Translations under genes and position numbers: made by a program | Source of the DNA: Girardia tigrina | Lineage: Eukaryota | NCBI GenBank assembly: GCA_001938485.1 | Contig: MQRK01227907.1 | Location: 49,577-113,576 of the forward strand | DNA: 64,000 bases | Direction: 5' to 3' | Notes under the pieces: model-generated | Seen by the model: the letters and a program-made list of their open reading frames with translations, nothing else | Databases searched by the model: none | Told to the model about the DNA's origin: nothing | In this document: positions 62,970-64,000 of the stretch, one piece after another | Layout of the letters: each line of letters starts with the position of its first letter | Numbering within the stretch: position 1 is the stretch's first letter

Positions 62970-63353
62970 CTCTGACTACAAGTCTAAACGTTCTGTTGAT
63001 AGTGCTTATAGAATTGGAAGCTGAGCACATAAAAACCCCGTCCATCTCTTTAGTAACTTTGTCGAAAACAACCATCGAACTCCATTGTGACATGTCATTG
63101 AAATTACTACTTTCAATCTTTTCAACTGGAGGAACACTTTCGAGCATTTGGAATTGCCTCTTGTATTCGTTATTTGGTATGGATTGTTTGATTCGATACG
63201 AATCCGTCATTGGGATTCTTCTCCAACTGTACGTTAAAGCATTTTTGTTTCCTGTTGAGTTTAAAATAGCTCGACAATCAAGTGCTATTTTGTCGCCTTC
63301 GTCTACTTCGTATATGAAATTATTATCGCTACTTGATACCAAAAAACAAGGAC
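62970..63353 (-). CDS. FGFRL/nou-darake-like receptor, Ig domain 1 exon (first exon visible; signal-peptide exon must lie >64000)
   Basis: Acceptor attttag|GT at 63353 and donor AGAG|gtaaaa at 62970, both phase 1. Encodes GPCFLVSSSDNNFIYEVDEGDKIALDCRA...YSWRR...DGVFMCSASNSISTINRTFRLVVR, an I-set Ig with C, W and DxGxxxC. INRTFRLVV resembles the end of FGFR D2. Confidence 0.9.
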
Positions 63354-63589
63354 CTAAAATAAGAAATTTTTAATTATCATAGAAACTATAATTTGAGTTA
63401 AATAATAAAAAAGAATAATGAAAAGAACGTTCTTATACTATTTGAATATTAAAATGTCAACTCTAGAAACAAAAATGATATTGGGTTGAATGTTTGAAAC
63501 ATTTTTCAAACAATAAAAATAAAGAAGATCAGATAAAAATATGAAAATATAAAAAAATAGAATACATTCCCTATCAAAAAGATCAAATA

Positions 63590-64000
63590 TAATAATCACA
63601 AACGTTCAACCGGCTGCAAAGACACAACATTTATCAAAAGAAGCTAATAGTGAGTGTTTGGTTGTCTGGTGCTGGTATAATCCATTATGACTTCATGAAA
63701 TTTGGTTCGCCGATCACAGCAGATGTTTACTGCAACCAATATGAAGATATGAAGCGGAAACTAAAAGAAAAAGAGCAACGTTTGGTAAAAAGGTCAATTC
63801 CCATTTTGCTCCACGATAATGCAAAATCACACATTACATTTAAAACCGTGACAAAACTACAGGAATTTAATTTCTAACTAATAGATTATTCTTTATACTC
63901 ACCAGATCTACTTCCAACTGACTACCATTTCTTACTCAATTTGAAAAACGTTTTGATAGGAAAAATATTCAATTCTGAAGATTCAGTAAAAATGGCCTTC
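63590..64000 (+). mobile_element. mariner C-terminal fragment (runs off the window)
   Basis: SVW..GIIHYDF..ITADVYC..ILLHDNAKSH..YSPDLLPTDYHF. Confidence 0.85.

Noticed and set aside
62996-63373. Plus-strand ORFs overlapping receptor exons (also 36240-36437) and the alternative-frame minus-strand ORF 35746-36078
   Set aside because: They are antisense or alternative-frame shadows of the real coding exons.

Overview
Very AT-rich eukaryotic genomic scaffold with four N gaps. Composition, transposon repertoire and the gene suggest a triclad planarian; this is an inference. One intact host gene is visible on the minus strand: four phase-consistent exons (63353-62970, 56565-56453, 52903-52615, 36465-35681). 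They encode about 523 aa with two Ig domains, a transmembrane helix and a long kinase-less Ser/Pro/Tyr-rich tail, the FGFRL / nou-darake-like (ndk/ndl) architecture. Its 5' exon(s) lie beyond 64000. A decayed BTB(-BACK) pseudogene at about 26.4-28.0 kb has small introns made of telomere-like repeats, and two of these introns are paralogous to each other. The rest is transposon debris: mariner/Tc1, hAT, MULE, piggyBac MITEs, Gypsy, a C2H2-finger LINE 3' end and many Penelope-like (PLE) fragments. The most notable signal missed by the ORF track is a set of seven minimal type I hammerhead ribozyme motifs (four sequence types, all with an extra U after CUGANGA and a palindromic 4-nt stem III). They are PLE-associated, mostly in inverted pairs, and two lie sense to the receptor pre-mRNA. 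A 2443-bp inverted duplication next to a gap is probably an assembly artefact.
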